Shown here one piece after another: positions 36,514 to 45,762 of a DNA stretch of 53,868 nt. Origin of the DNA: a virus (Duplodnaviria > Caudoviricetes); IMG/VR virus record IMGVR_UViG_3300022200_008215, positions 1 through 53,868 of that record, one strand, 5' to 3'. The position numbers and the translations under genes are program-made. The notes beneath the pieces are model-generated. The model was not told where the DNA came from. It saw only the letters and a program-made list of their open reading frames with translations, and ran no database searches. Each line of letters starts with the position of its first letter. Position 1 is the first letter of the stretch.

Positions 36514-38076
36514 TTATGTTATTTGTACCCAAGTACTGTCTGGATTAAAGTATATTATATTATTACCATCATCTATCATATTTCCTACAAGTCTAACTAT
36601 ATTACCACTCCCACTAGGAACAGCTGTTTGTAAATCACCAGCAGTAGTAGAAACATATAAATTATTTCCTTTTCCTGTTTGTGTAAATACAGAACTCTTA
36701 GCCCAACCTCTTAAAAGTATCCCATTACTAGATGCAGTGCCCATAGCAATACCTAACATTTTTGTTCCGTATGTTGCATTGTTTGCGGAAGCTCTAAACC
36801 ACCCAGAATTCAGTCCTGCTGTAGTAAATACAATTAAATCCCCTTCTGCTATTGTACCATTAGTAGTATAAAAAGTTCCATAAAATGTAACTTCACCAGA
36901 ATTATCGGGAGTACCAGTAATTCCTGAGTCATATACTAGATATGAACCTTCATCAAATTGTAAGTATTTTCCAGTAAATGTTAAGGCTGATTCTACTTGT
37001 AGATTATTAGTGGCGTTGATATAAGTTAAGACACCGTTAGCAGTTGTACCAGTAATGCTTCCTGCAAAAGAACTGCCTGAAGTGCCACTTGTACCAGATG
37101 TTCCTGATGATCCTGAAGTACCAGAGGAACCGGAAGTACCGTTTATTCCTGAAGTTCCTGATGAACCTGAGTTACCTGAAGTACCAGAGGAACCGGAAGT
37201 ACCGTTTATTCCTGATGTTCCTGATGAACCTGAGTTACCTGAAGAACCTGATGTTCCGTCTATACCTGAAGTACCAGAGGAACCGGAAGTACCGTTTATT
37301 CCTGAAGTTCCTGATGAACCTGAGTTACCTGAAGTTCCTGATGAACCTGAGTTACCTGAAGTTCCTGATGAACCTGAAGTTCCTGAAGTACCGTTTATAC
37401 CTGAAGTTCCTGATGAACCTGAGTTACCTGAAGTTCCTGATGAACCTGAAGTTCCTGAAGTACCGTTTATTCCTGAAGTTCCTGATGAACCTGAGTTACC
37501 TGAAGTTCCTGATGAACCTGAAGTTCCTGAAGTACCGTTTATTCCTGAAGTTCCTGATGAACCTGAGTTACCGGAAGAACCTGATGAACCTGAAGATCCC
37601 GAAGAACCGGAAGAGCCTGAAGTACCTGAAGAACCTGAAGAACCGGAAGAGCCTGAAGTTCCGGAAGTGCCTGAAGTAGCGGCTGCTTCTTTAGTTCCTA
37701 CTTTTCCGTTACTGTCTATGACTAGTACAGTATCATCAGCTATAGCAGTTAAGTTTGGTAGTTTTAAATCTGATCCGGATACAATTAGTGCTAGTGCACC
37801 AAAGGTTCCCATAGTTACAGTGTTGTCTGCAAATGCTTCTATTACCGGAAGTCCGGCTATGGTATTTACCGAGAATAAAGAATCAGATAAATCATCGTCT
37901 ATTGAAAATAATCTTCCGTTATTTCCATCTACTGCAAATATGTTGGTTCTTCCTTCTGATCCGGAACCCTGTAAAACGATTGATCCTGATACATCTTGTG
38001 TTATGGTCTCTACGTAGTTCAAAGAACTGGTAAAGGACATAATACTTGATCCTGGGGTTATTCTAATATCTGCCAT
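36514..38076 (-). CDS. Fibre-like virion protein with Gly-X-Y (Ser/Thr) repeat region
   Basis: About 200 aa of SGT/SGS/SGN/SGI/NGT triplets between globular domains. Confidence 0.75.
   Translation of the reverse strand: MADIRITPGSSIMSFTSSLNYVETITQDVSGSIVLQGSGSEGRTNIFAVDGNNGRLFSIDDDLSDSLFSVNTIAGLPVIEAFADNTVTMGTFGALALIVSGSDLKLPNLTAIADDTVLVIDSNGKVGTKEAAATSGTSGTSGSSGSSGSSGTSGSSGSSGSSGSSGSSGNSGSSGTSGINGTSGTSGSSGTSGNSGSSGTSGINGTSGTSGSSGTSGNSGSSGTSGINGTSGTSGSSGTSGNSGSSGTSGNSGSSGTSGINGTSGSSGTSGIDGTSGSSGNSGSSGTSGINGTSGSSGTSGNSGSSGTSGINGTSGSSGTSGSSGTSGTSGTSGSSFAGSITGTTANGVLTYINATNNLQVESALTFTGKYLQFDEGSYLVYDSGITGTPDNSGEVTFYGTFYTTNGTIAEGDLIVFTTAGLNSGWFRASANNATYGTKMLGIAMGTASSNGILLRGWAKSSVFTQTGKGNNLYVSTTAGDLQTAVPSGSGNIVRLVGNMIDDGNNIIYFNPDSTWVQIT
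37072..37678 (-). repeat. Coding low-complexity repeat (9-bp units with higher-order 72-bp unit)
   Basis: cctgaagtt/cctgatgaa units; 24-codon unit SGSSGTSGNSGSSGTSGINGTSGT repeated about three times. Confidence 0.9.
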
Positions 38077-38077
38077 A

Positions 38078-38419
38078 TTATTGTATTATTTCTTCTATTG
38101 GTATTGTCCACTCCTCTGTTGCAAGAAGTGTTAGTATTTCTTCATGATTATATTCCGGGTATTCTTCTGAGTATATTAAAGGTCTTCCGTAGATTCCTGC
38201 TAAAACAGTATTTGTTGTTTCTTCTTCAGTTTCAGGATTAATTACTGTGTATGTTTGATCCTCTAAAACTTCATTTATTTCATATTTGATAAATGTTTTA
38301 GAACCATCCACAGAAAGTCTTAAACTCTCTAAAGAGTTTTCATGTATATTATTGAAATCAATTGATCCTGTTGTACTTGTTGGGATTACCAACCATCTTC
38401 TATTTGGGAATGTGCTCAT
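38078..38419 (-). CDS. Hypothetical protein
   Basis: 113 aa; LRLSVDGSKTFIKY, YNHEEIL..L.TEEW. Confidence 0.7.
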   Translation of the reverse strand: MSTFPNRRWLVIPTSTTGSIDFNNIHENSLESLRLSVDGSKTFIKYEINEVLEDQTYTVINPETEEETTNTVLAGIYGRPLIYSEEYPEYNHEEILTLLATEEWTIPIEEIIQ

Positions 38420-38431
38420 ATGTTATAAATA

Positions 38432-39736
38432 TTAACTTAAATTGAATCTTGTTTTATACTGGTTAAAGTTTTGTTTTACTTCGGCTGCAGTGAGTGCTCT
38501 GGTATATACTTTAAATACATCAATACTGCCTCTATAATATGCGTTCAAATTTGTTGCCACACCAATCTTAAAATCTCCTAATGTTATATTCCCGTTTGTA
38601 GTTCTAGAATCTGATAAGATTCCATTTATGTAAACTAGTTTTTTATTATTAACATTGTCCCAAACTAAAACATAGTGATTCCATCCATATTTAAGATTAG
38701 TATTTGGGATTTCATTCCACGAGCCATTTACATTCCAGTGCATACCAACAGACCATCTTGTTCCAAAATGAATACGTGCACTTATCCAATCTCCGAATGC
38801 ACTTTCATTTCTTGTTTTTGTATTTAATGTAGGGTCATCAAAAAATCCCGTAAATTCAAATGTAATTTGAGAATAGGTTCCGGTTAGGTTTGTTTGTATA
38901 TAATCATTCGTACCATCAAAAGTCATTTGAGCATTTGAATCAAAAGATACATTTGATAAATCTATTGTTGAATTTCCTACCAATGGTAAAAGTCCTTGTG
39001 TTGCTGATCTTTCATAGCTTAGAGAGAATTGTGCAGGATGGCTTCCCCATGTAAATTGCACGTCTGCTATTTTTACAGTGGCTCTAACATTGTAGTATCC
39101 GTACATGTAGATAGATAGATATGTACTATTCAGGTCTCGGACTGTTGAGGTGGTGTAGGTTTGGTAGACTCTCTGCCAGGTATGTGTTTTTGTATTATAT
39201 GAGGATGAACTGTTTGCTTGACCGTCGTGAAACCCGTTGGCTCCTTCTGTAGTTTTACAGTATAGTCCTGCTTTGGCGTTTTTACTTAGGTTATCCACCC
39301 ACTGCAACCATGAAATTGTATAGGTGTCTCCGTATCCTTTCCCGTAGGAAGTCCAAGAACCCATCCCTGTGCCGAACCATTTTGCTTTCCACTGCCCGGA
39401 TACGTCGTTCATTACAACGACTGGTTTTTTTAAGACCGGGTCGTATTGCCAGTGAGCGTGGTATGTATTTGCTGCATCTCCGACTCCTCCATTATAGTAA
39501 CCTGTTATATCACCGCCTGCAGCATTGTATGCTCGGATAGCGTTAGGGTGTTTAGTGTTCCATGTTCCGCTAGAAGTAGCGGAGTATGTCGTATAACTAT
39601 CTTGGGCTACTGCGTTCTGGTGGTGTATATAGTTAATGGTAGGTTCTCCTTTAAAAGAATTTCTAGTATCTCCTATATCGTAAGCAAACACCGATCCTGA
39701 TGTTATTGTTCTTCCGTATCCTTGTGCTACTGCCAT
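38432..39736 (-). CDS. LamG/concanavalin-A-like virion protein with inserted domain
   Basis: FDGTNDY, WNHYV, YING, YTRALTAAEVKQNF. Confidence 0.8.
   Translation of the reverse strand: MAVAQGYGRTITSGSVFAYDIGDTRNSFKGEPTINYIHHQNAVAQDSYTTYSATSSGTWNTKHPNAIRAYNAAGGDITGYYNGGVGDAANTYHAHWQYDPVLKKPVVVMNDVSGQWKAKWFGTGMGSWTSYGKGYGDTYTISWLQWVDNLSKNAKAGLYCKTTEGANGFHDGQANSSSSYNTKTHTWQRVYQTYTTSTVRDLNSTYLSIYMYGYYNVRATVKIADVQFTWGSHPAQFSLSYERSATQGLLPLVGNSTIDLSNVSFDSNAQMTFDGTNDYIQTNLTGTYSQITFEFTGFFDDPTLNTKTRNESAFGDWISARIHFGTRWSVGMHWNVNGSWNEIPNTNLKYGWNHYVLVWDNVNNKKLVYINGILSDSRTTNGNITLGDFKIGVATNLNAYYRGSIDVFKVYTRALTAAEVKQNFNQYKTRFNLS
38898..39003. repeat. 106-bp exact direct repeat, copy A
   Basis: Identical to 40234-40339. 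Confidence 0.92.
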
Positions 39737-39737
39737 A

Positions 39738-40913
39738 TTAACTTAAATTAAAACGTGTTTTGTATTGTTGGTAGTTTTGTTGTACTTCCTGTGCTGTTAG
39801 TGCTTTGTTATAGAGTTTAGCTACTGGTATTTCTCCGGTAAAGTACCTGCTGTATCCTCCATTATGTTCATATCTTCCGATATATCTAGTTTTAAGAGCG
39901 CTGTAGGCTGCTGTCCAAACGTTCCCTACATGGTCCCCTCCTTCAGCAATACCGTTTACATAAAACCTCATGTTTGTTCCTCCAGCATCTTGTATGAAAG
40001 CTACATGATAGTATTGGTTTGAATTAAAAGCTGTACTTCCATACCTCCAATATCCAGGAGATACGTTCCAAACAGCTAACTTTCCGTTGAGTAAAGCTAA
40101 CCAGTTGGCGTTAAAGTCATCCGCTTCTGCTGAATTAAAATGCTGTAATGTTCCAGCAGAATTTGTTTTAAATACATATTCAGCAGTCCATCCTTGATTA
40201 GTTGGTGAAATTGTACTATCCGATCCTAAGTCAATATAATCATTCGTACCATCAAAAGTCATTTGAGCATTTGAATCAAAAGATACATTTGATAAATCTA
40301 TTGTTGAATTTCCTACCAATGGTAAAAGTCCTTGTGTTGATGATCGAGTACTGGTAAGGTCTATTGCAGGTGTCGGGTGGCCTTTTTTTTCTAATTGCCA
40401 TCCACTTAGATAGTATCTAGTATTTGCTACTAGGTTAGTAAATCCTACTAAACTAACATAATTAGCTGCTGTGGAGACAGTTCTAGAAACCCTATACCAA
40501 CCATCTCCTGCATCCTGTATAGTCCCTACTCCTGTATTACTTCCTATATTGTACATGTAGACGGTTATATTACTTATAGGAGCTCTGTCTTCTCTTCTAA
40601 GGTAACAAGAAAATGTCCATATGGTTGAGGTTTGATCATAATACAATGGACTTGGTCCGTTTAAGTAACAGTTTCTACTAGTTCCAGGTGCCCATAATAC
40701 TGTATGTAGCCCTTTATATTGTTCAGTTGGATCTGTTATAACGACTTTTCCTTTTGTAATTAATGTCTGGTTTGTACCATCTCCACCCCACAAGTCGTTT
40801 TTAATAAAAGTAGTAGTAGGTTCTCCAATATAGGAATTACTTACATCACCTGTATCGTAAGCGAATACTAAATTATCTTCTCCTGTTGTATTTGGTCCTG
40901 AATGTGATGGCAT
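39738..40913 (-). CDS. LamG/concanavalin-A-like virion protein with inserted domain
   Basis: Start moved to MPSHSGP at 40913; FDGTNDY, YHV, YVNG, YNKALTAQEVQQNY. Confidence 0.8.
   Translation of the reverse strand: MPSHSGPNTTGEDNLVFAYDTGDVSNSYIGEPTTTFIKNDLWGGDGTNQTLITKGKVVITDPTEQYKGLHTVLWAPGTSRNCYLNGPSPLYYDQTSTIWTFSCYLRREDRAPISNITVYMYNIGSNTGVGTIQDAGDGWYRVSRTVSTAANYVSLVGFTNLVANTRYYLSGWQLEKKGHPTPAIDLTSTRSSTQGLLPLVGNSTIDLSNVSFDSNAQMTFDGTNDYIDLGSDSTISPTNQGWTAEYVFKTNSAGTLQHFNSAEADDFNANWLALLNGKLAVWNVSPGYWRYGSTAFNSNQYYHVAFIQDAGGTNMRFYVNGIAEGGDHVGNVWTAAYSALKTRYIGRYEHNGGYSRYFTGEIPVAKLYNKALTAQEVQQNYQQYKTRFNLS
40234..40339. repeat. 106-bp exact direct repeat, copy B
   Basis: Identical to 38898-39003. 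Confidence 0.92.
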
Positions 40914-40914
40914 A

Positions 40915-41562
40915 TTATAGTCCGAATCTTGTTTTAGTTGCGTTATAGTTTTGGAGTATTTCTTGTGCTGATAATGTTCGGTTATATATTTGCACTGTTG
41001 ATATTTTCCCATCAAATAAGTTAGAAGAATCTGTATAAGCTGCTATTCTAACCGCAGTACCTCCTGTAAATGTTGCTGTACTTGAACTAGTATTTACTAA
41101 ATTTCCGTTTAGGTATAATTTCCAACCTGATGTTGTATTAAAAGTAACTGCACCGCACCACCATTTTCCTGTCATCACTCCTGCATTATAAGCAACTGTA
41201 CTCCAAGAACCATTATGTCCCGCTTGTAAAGTAGTGTTGGTTCCAGCCATCCAAAAAGCGTGTTGTCCGTCACCACCTCCACTAATAATATTATTAGTAT
41301 TACCGTCCGGGTTAAACCATGCTATTTTGGTGTAAGACGTTGTTGAGAGCGACACGCTACTTAATTGACACCAGTCGTTGCTTCCATCAAATACAATACT
41401 TCTGTCTGAGTAAGAAGGCCCATTTATTAAAGTTCCATTATTCCCATTCCCGCTTACATCATTCCAAACCGTCCCTGATCCTGGATATGAATTTCTATCA
41501 GCAGCATCTAGATTAAGTATCAATCCGTCCCTAACTATTTTTGGTCCATGAATTTCAGCCAT
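40915..41562 (-). CDS. LamG/concanavalin-A-like virion protein
   Basis: GLILNLDAA..SYPGSGTVWNDVSGNGNNGTL, FDGSND, YNRTLSAQEILQNY. Confidence 0.85.
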   Translation of the reverse strand: MAEIHGPKIVRDGLILNLDAADRNSYPGSGTVWNDVSGNGNNGTLINGPSYSDRSIVFDGSNDWCQLSSVSLSTTSYTKIAWFNPDGNTNNIISGGGDGQHAFWMAGTNTTLQAGHNGSWSTVAYNAGVMTGKWWCGAVTFNTTSGWKLYLNGNLVNTSSSTATFTGGTAVRIAAYTDSSNLFDGKISTVQIYNRTLSAQEILQNYNATKTRFGL

Positions 41563-43913
41563 TACTTATCAAATTCTGTAACTAGTTTTTCTATATCTTT
41601 TCTTTCAGCAAATACTGAGTAGTAGCAGTCTATTGATGTTTTAGATCCTACTATAATACCGTTTGAGGTTACTTTTTCAACCCATAAATCTTGTTTCTTC
41701 CCTATTGAAGTTAAGTTTACAGTAGTTGTATTCTGGTCTACTAGAGCATGCCAGTGATCTGGTAATACAATGGTATTCTCATTGGTTAACCTTCCTCTTA
41801 CGTATACTGAATGTTCTGGTCCCTCTAATACTCCGTATTGAAGTTTTTTACCTTGTTTGGTTGGGTGATCAATAATAAATGATTTTACAGTTGCTGTAAG
41901 TGTTCCTGTTACATTTAAAATTGAACCGTCAAATGTTAAGTTTGATTCTACCGTACCTGTTCCATCACCATCATAGGTTATAACTCCATTTGTAGTTGTT
42001 CCTGTTAATGGAAGTATCCCACTGGTACCTGATGATCCGGAAGAACCTGATGAGCCTGAAGTTCCTGAAGAACCTGATGAGCCTGAAGATCCGGAAGTAC
42101 CGTCTATACCTGAAGTTCCTGAAGAACCTGAGTTACCGGAAGAACCTGATGAACCGGAAGATCCGGAAGTACCGTTTATACCTGAAGTTCCTGAAGAACC
42201 TGAGTTACCGGAAGAACCTGATGATCCGGAAGATCCGGAAGTACCGTCTATACCTGAAGTTCCTGAAGAACCTGAGGTACCTGAAGAACCTGATGAACCG
42301 GAAGAACCTGATGTTCCATCTATACCTGAAGTTCCTGAAGAACCTGAGTTACCGGAAGAACCTGATGAACCGGAAGATCCGGAAGTACCGTTTATACCTG
42401 AAGTTCCTGAAGAACCTGAGCTACCTGAAGAACCGGATGAACCGGAAGAACCTGATGTTCCATCTATACCTGAAGTTCCTGAAGAACCTGAGTTACCGGA
42501 AGAACCTGATGATCCGGAAGATCCGGAAGTACCGTCTATACCTGAAGTTCCTGAAGAACCGGAGGAACCGGAAGAACCGGAGGAACCGGAAGAACCTGAT
42601 GTTCCATCTATACCTGAAGTTCCTGAAGAACCTGATGTTCCATCTATACCTGAAGTTCCTGAAGAACCTGATGAACCGGAAGAACCAGAGGAGCCGGAAG
42701 AACCGGAGGAACCGGAAGAACCTGATGTTCCATCTATACCTGAAGTTCCTGAAGAACCTGAGGAACCGGAAGAACCTGATGAACCGGAAGAGCCTGATGA
42801 TCCGGAAGAACCTGATGTTCCTGAAGAACCTGATGTTCCATCTATACCTGAAGTTCCTGAAGAACCTGAGGTACCTGAAGAACCTGATGAGCCTGAAGTA
42901 CCGTCAGTACCACTTGATCCTGAAGAGCCTGAAGTTCCAGATGTACCGGCAATTTGTCCAACAGACGTTATGACGTAAGAATAATTTGAACTACCTTCAG
43001 TATAAAATATAACATCACGTGATGGTGCATCTAAATTAGTTAAATAAATTCTACAAATCATTCTATTCGTAGGGTCTATTGAAATTGTTGTTAATACAAT
43101 ATCAACGTCTACTTGCCCTGGATTAACTGCATCTACATAAGGTATTTTAAAAATATTTGAAGATATTGAAGAACCTATCGGAGTACCTGAAGAATCTGTC
43201 AATTGTATTTCAACGTAAGCTTCAACATCCGCATTTGCTGCTGGTAATAAACAATATACAATAAAATTTTGAAAACCAGCTGGTATAATTGAATAACCAA
43301 GCTCTGGTGATAAAAATGATTCAACCAAAACATCAGATGCACTACCACTTAAAGATGTTAATTTTGTTACTTCACCAGTTGTTGTTGGTACCAAACTTAA
43401 TTCTTTATAACCAGAAATATCTGAATTTATACTTTCATTAAAATAATATATTTGACCTCTAGATATACCGTCAACTCCGCTAGAACCTGATGAGCCAGAG
43501 CTTCCGCTTGTACCATCTGTACCGGATGTTCCATCTGTCCCGCTAGTACCATTAGTTCCTGAACTACCTGAAGTACCGTTGGTTCCACTAGTTCCGTTTG
43601 TGCCTGATGTTCCTGAAGAACCGGAAGTACCTGACGACCCCGAAGTTCCACTTGATCCTGAAGAGCCGGAAGTACCGTCTATACCTGAAGTGCCAGAGGT
43701 AGCTGCTGCTTCTTTAGTTCCTATATTACCGCTTGCATCTACTACCAGGACTGTATCATCAGCTATGGCCGGTAGATTTGTAAGTTGTAAGTTTGAGCCA
43801 GTTATACTATTTGTTATATTGATTGAACCTGTTAGTTCAATATAATCTGTTATACGGAGAGAATTTAACACAGCGTCAGATCCGCTGGTTATAACTTTAC
43901 GCCAATTAGGCAT
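41562..43913 (-). CDS. Fibre-like virion protein with two Gly-X-Y (Ser/Thr) repeat regions
   Basis: SGS/SGT/GID triplet tracts; C-terminal KSFIIDHP...LEGPE..VYVRG...AERKD fibre-type domain. Confidence 0.78.
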   Translation of the reverse strand: MPNWRKVITSGSDAVLNSLRITDYIELTGSINITNSITGSNLQLTNLPAIADDTVLVVDASGNIGTKEAAATSGTSGIDGTSGSSGSSGTSGSSGTSGSSGTSGTNGTSGTNGTSGSSGTNGTSGTDGTSGTDGTSGSSGSSGSSGVDGISRGQIYYFNESINSDISGYKELSLVPTTTGEVTKLTSLSGSASDVLVESFLSPELGYSIIPAGFQNFIVYCLLPAANADVEAYVEIQLTDSSGTPIGSSISSNIFKIPYVDAVNPGQVDVDIVLTTISIDPTNRMICRIYLTNLDAPSRDVIFYTEGSSNYSYVITSVGQIAGTSGTSGSSGSSGTDGTSGSSGSSGTSGSSGTSGIDGTSGSSGTSGSSGSSGSSGSSGSSGSSGSSGTSGIDGTSGSSGSSGSSGSSGSSGSSGSSGTSGIDGTSGSSGTSGIDGTSGSSGSSGSSGSSGSSGTSGIDGTSGSSGSSGSSGNSGSSGTSGIDGTSGSSGSSGSSGSSGSSGTSGINGTSGSSGSSGSSGNSGSSGTSGIDGTSGSSGSSGSSGTSGSSGTSGIDGTSGSSGSSGSSGNSGSSGTSGINGTSGSSGSSGSSGNSGSSGTSGIDGTSGSSGSSGSSGTSGSSGSSGSSGTSGILPLTGTTTNGVITYDGDGTGTVESNLTFDGSILNVTGTLTATVKSFIIDHPTKQGKKLQYGVLEGPEHSVYVRGRLTNENTIVLPDHWHALVDQNTTTVNLTSIGKKQDLWVEKVTSNGIIVGSKTSIDCYYSVFAERKDIEKLVTEFDK
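42020..42945 (-). repeat. Coding low-complexity repeat (SGS/SGT/GID triplets)
   Basis: About 300 codons of 9-bp units; second shorter tract at about 43470-43700. Confidence 0.9.
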
Positions 43914-44280
43914 TTGCTACCTCCTTTCTTACTTTACAGTTATTAAAGTGCCATCTTAACATAGCATTTTTTTGCCCTTCTTCTAAACAGTGGGGGCATT
44001 TTGCCCGTAAGTGATTGCCTGTAAAGTTATCACCTCTGTTTAATGCTGATTTTCTCATTTTTTCTCTAGATTCTTCACTTCTAGGTGGGGCAGCTAATCT
44101 AGCTCGTCTAATGGCTTGTTTATGTTTAGCTGTAAGTAAAACGAGATTGAAGGTGTCGTCGGAGCCTCCTAGACTTTTTGGGATAATGTGATGACTCTCA
44201 TAATATGTAGAATCATTTCTGTGTCTTCTAAGAGATTGTCTTCCAGAGCAGAGCGCTCTGCAGTGTTCCATGTAGTTCAT
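43906..44280 (-). pseudogene. HNH homing endonuclease remnant, apparently internally deleted, with NUMOD3-like tail
   Basis: YYESHHIIPKSLGGSDDTFNLVLLTA runs straight into KHKQAIR..SEESREKMR..CPHC; expected REHxxxH segment absent. Confidence 0.6.
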
Positions 44281-44291
44281 ATTTATTTAAA

Positions 44292-44344
44292 TTATGGTTG
44301 GATACACCGAATGTGCGGTGCCCACTTCCCTTGAGGACCTATAA
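44292..44344 (-). ncRNA. Candidate structured cis-regulatory RNA
   Basis: GC-rich island in an AT-rich gap just downstream of TATTTATT; foldable by eye as a three-way junction. Confidence 0.45.
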
Positions 44345-44395
44345 TACTTTAATAAATATTAGCTTTTTTATATTTCTCTAATTTAACCAGTCTTT

Positions 44396-44872
44396 TTACT
44401 CAAAAAAATCTTTTCTATAAAATTTACCTAGGATGTTATCATTGATGTAGTTGTCTCTATTTTCTAATACCTCTTTTGTAAACAGGTACTTACATTCGAA
44501 GTATGTCAATCTTTTCTTATCTTGAACGTATTTTAATATTTCTCTTTTAAAGTCTTCTTTTTTACCTTCTTTTACTAATTCTAAGATTTCTTTTTGAGAT
44601 CCGTGATAAGTTTTCCAATCCGACTCTGTTATTACTTTCTTTTTTAAAGGTGTTCTCCCCCCTACTCCTTTGCTTTTTCTCTCCTCTTTGAGAGTTTCTA
44701 ACTCTTTTTTACCTAACCTCTTACTTCTTTCAAAATAAAGTACTTTTTTACCTATGTACTTTTTCCCTGTCGGTATGTGAGTTACTTCGTAAATAAACCC
44801 GTAAGTATCTTCTGGTATACTTTCTATGTTAGTTACAGGATTTCCTTGGTATATCCATAATTTTTCTGTCAT
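44396..44872 (-). CDS. GIY-YIG-like nuclease-domain protein
   Basis: YGFIYEVT..TGKKYIGKK, WKTYHGS, FKREIL, YFE, YINDNI. Confidence 0.75.
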   Translation of the reverse strand: MTEKLWIYQGNPVTNIESIPEDTYGFIYEVTHIPTGKKYIGKKVLYFERSKRLGKKELETLKEERKSKGVGGRTPLKKKVITESDWKTYHGSQKEILELVKEGKKEDFKREILKYVQDKKRLTYFECKYLFTKEVLENRDNYINDNILGKFYRKDFFE

Positions 44873-45747
44873 GATTTTAGTGATTTTATAATTTGATCAT
44901 CGTCAAAGACATCTTCTTGTTTGAAATACGCGCATGAGGAGATATCTTGAGATAGTGCAAATGGTTGATATAAGTTTTTTTGAAAATCAACCTGTAGTGT
45001 AAATTGATTTGCTTTAATATTTTTATGTAAAGTATATCCGTATATTTCTGGTTTAGTGGTGATCCAGCAAACTGTTGATGGTAGAGCAAAGGATGCTGCT
45101 AAGTGTTGGGAGAAAGAATCAATAAGAAGCCTTTTTTCTGCAAGTTGGAGAAGGATTGCTATGCTTCTAAATCCGTCTAGTGCCTGTAAAGTGTTTGGGT
45201 ATATTTTTTGATCTTTTCTTTTTATATGTACTATCGAGTAATCATCTTTAAACTCCTCTATAACTCTCAATACAGTTGATTCTGGTATATCTCTTGTCCA
45301 AGAGTAATTATATTCTTGACCTACTGGACCTCCGTTTGGTTGGATTGCTAGTATTGGTTTTTCTGTTTTATAGAAAGGTCTAAAGTAATCTATTTCTGCT
45401 TGTGTAAGGTATATTTGAGGAGCTTCTCCATTATATTTTAACTCCCACTGCTTGCACCATATATTTAATAAATGATCTTGTTCTAAGATAAAATCCGTAT
45501 GTGTGTAAGGATCTGTAAAATATAGCTTACAATCTGCTTCTCTGTTGTAGATATATGTTTTATAGAAAGGTCCATGTTCTCCGTTTTGATGAACGTAGTC
45601 TACTGCTGGGTTGTGTTTAAATACATCTGGGTAGTTGCATACTACATGTATTATATCTTTAGGATGTGCTTTCCTAATTACTTTTAAAATAGCTGTTGCT
45701 AGTATATGCTTACCTAATCCTCCATCTATGTGAAATACTACTGTCAT
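44869..45747 (-). CDS. Glycosyltransferase family 9-like (heptosyltransferase fold)
   Basis: GGLGKHIL, VFKHNP, LLIDSFSQHLAA, TVCW, YGY. Confidence 0.75.
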   Translation of the reverse strand: MTVVFHIDGGLGKHILATAILKVIRKAHPKDIIHVVCNYPDVFKHNPAVDYVHQNGEHGPFYKTYIYNREADCKLYFTDPYTHTDFILEQDHLLNIWCKQWELKYNGEAPQIYLTQAEIDYFRPFYKTEKPILAIQPNGGPVGQEYNYSWTRDIPESTVLRVIEEFKDDYSIVHIKRKDQKIYPNTLQALDGFRSIAILLQLAEKRLLIDSFSQHLAASFALPSTVCWITTKPEIYGYTLHKNIKANQFTLQVDFQKNLYQPFALSQDISSCAYFKQEDVFDDDQIIKSLKS

Positions 45748-45762
45748 AAGTTCATTGAATCA

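Noticed and set aside
37055-38017. Plus-strand ORFs with PEVP/PDEP or LKFLMN repeats (also 37089-37679, 41996-42973, 43579-43845)
   Set aside because: Antisense shadows of the Ser/Gly repeat genes; the repeat codons lack stops in those frames
38898-40339. Diversity-generating retroelement TR/VR pair
   Set aside because: Copies are identical with no adenine-specific mismatches, both are mid-gene, and no reverse transcriptase is in the window
37072-43700. CRISPR array
   Set aside because: Repeats are in-frame 9-bp coding units without unique spacers; the Cas4-like gene at 31645-32427 is an ordinary phage exonuclease with no cas neighbours
44292-44344. tRNA gene
   Set aside because: Too short and lacks the T-loop GTTC and cloverleaf; no tRNA was recognised anywhere in the window
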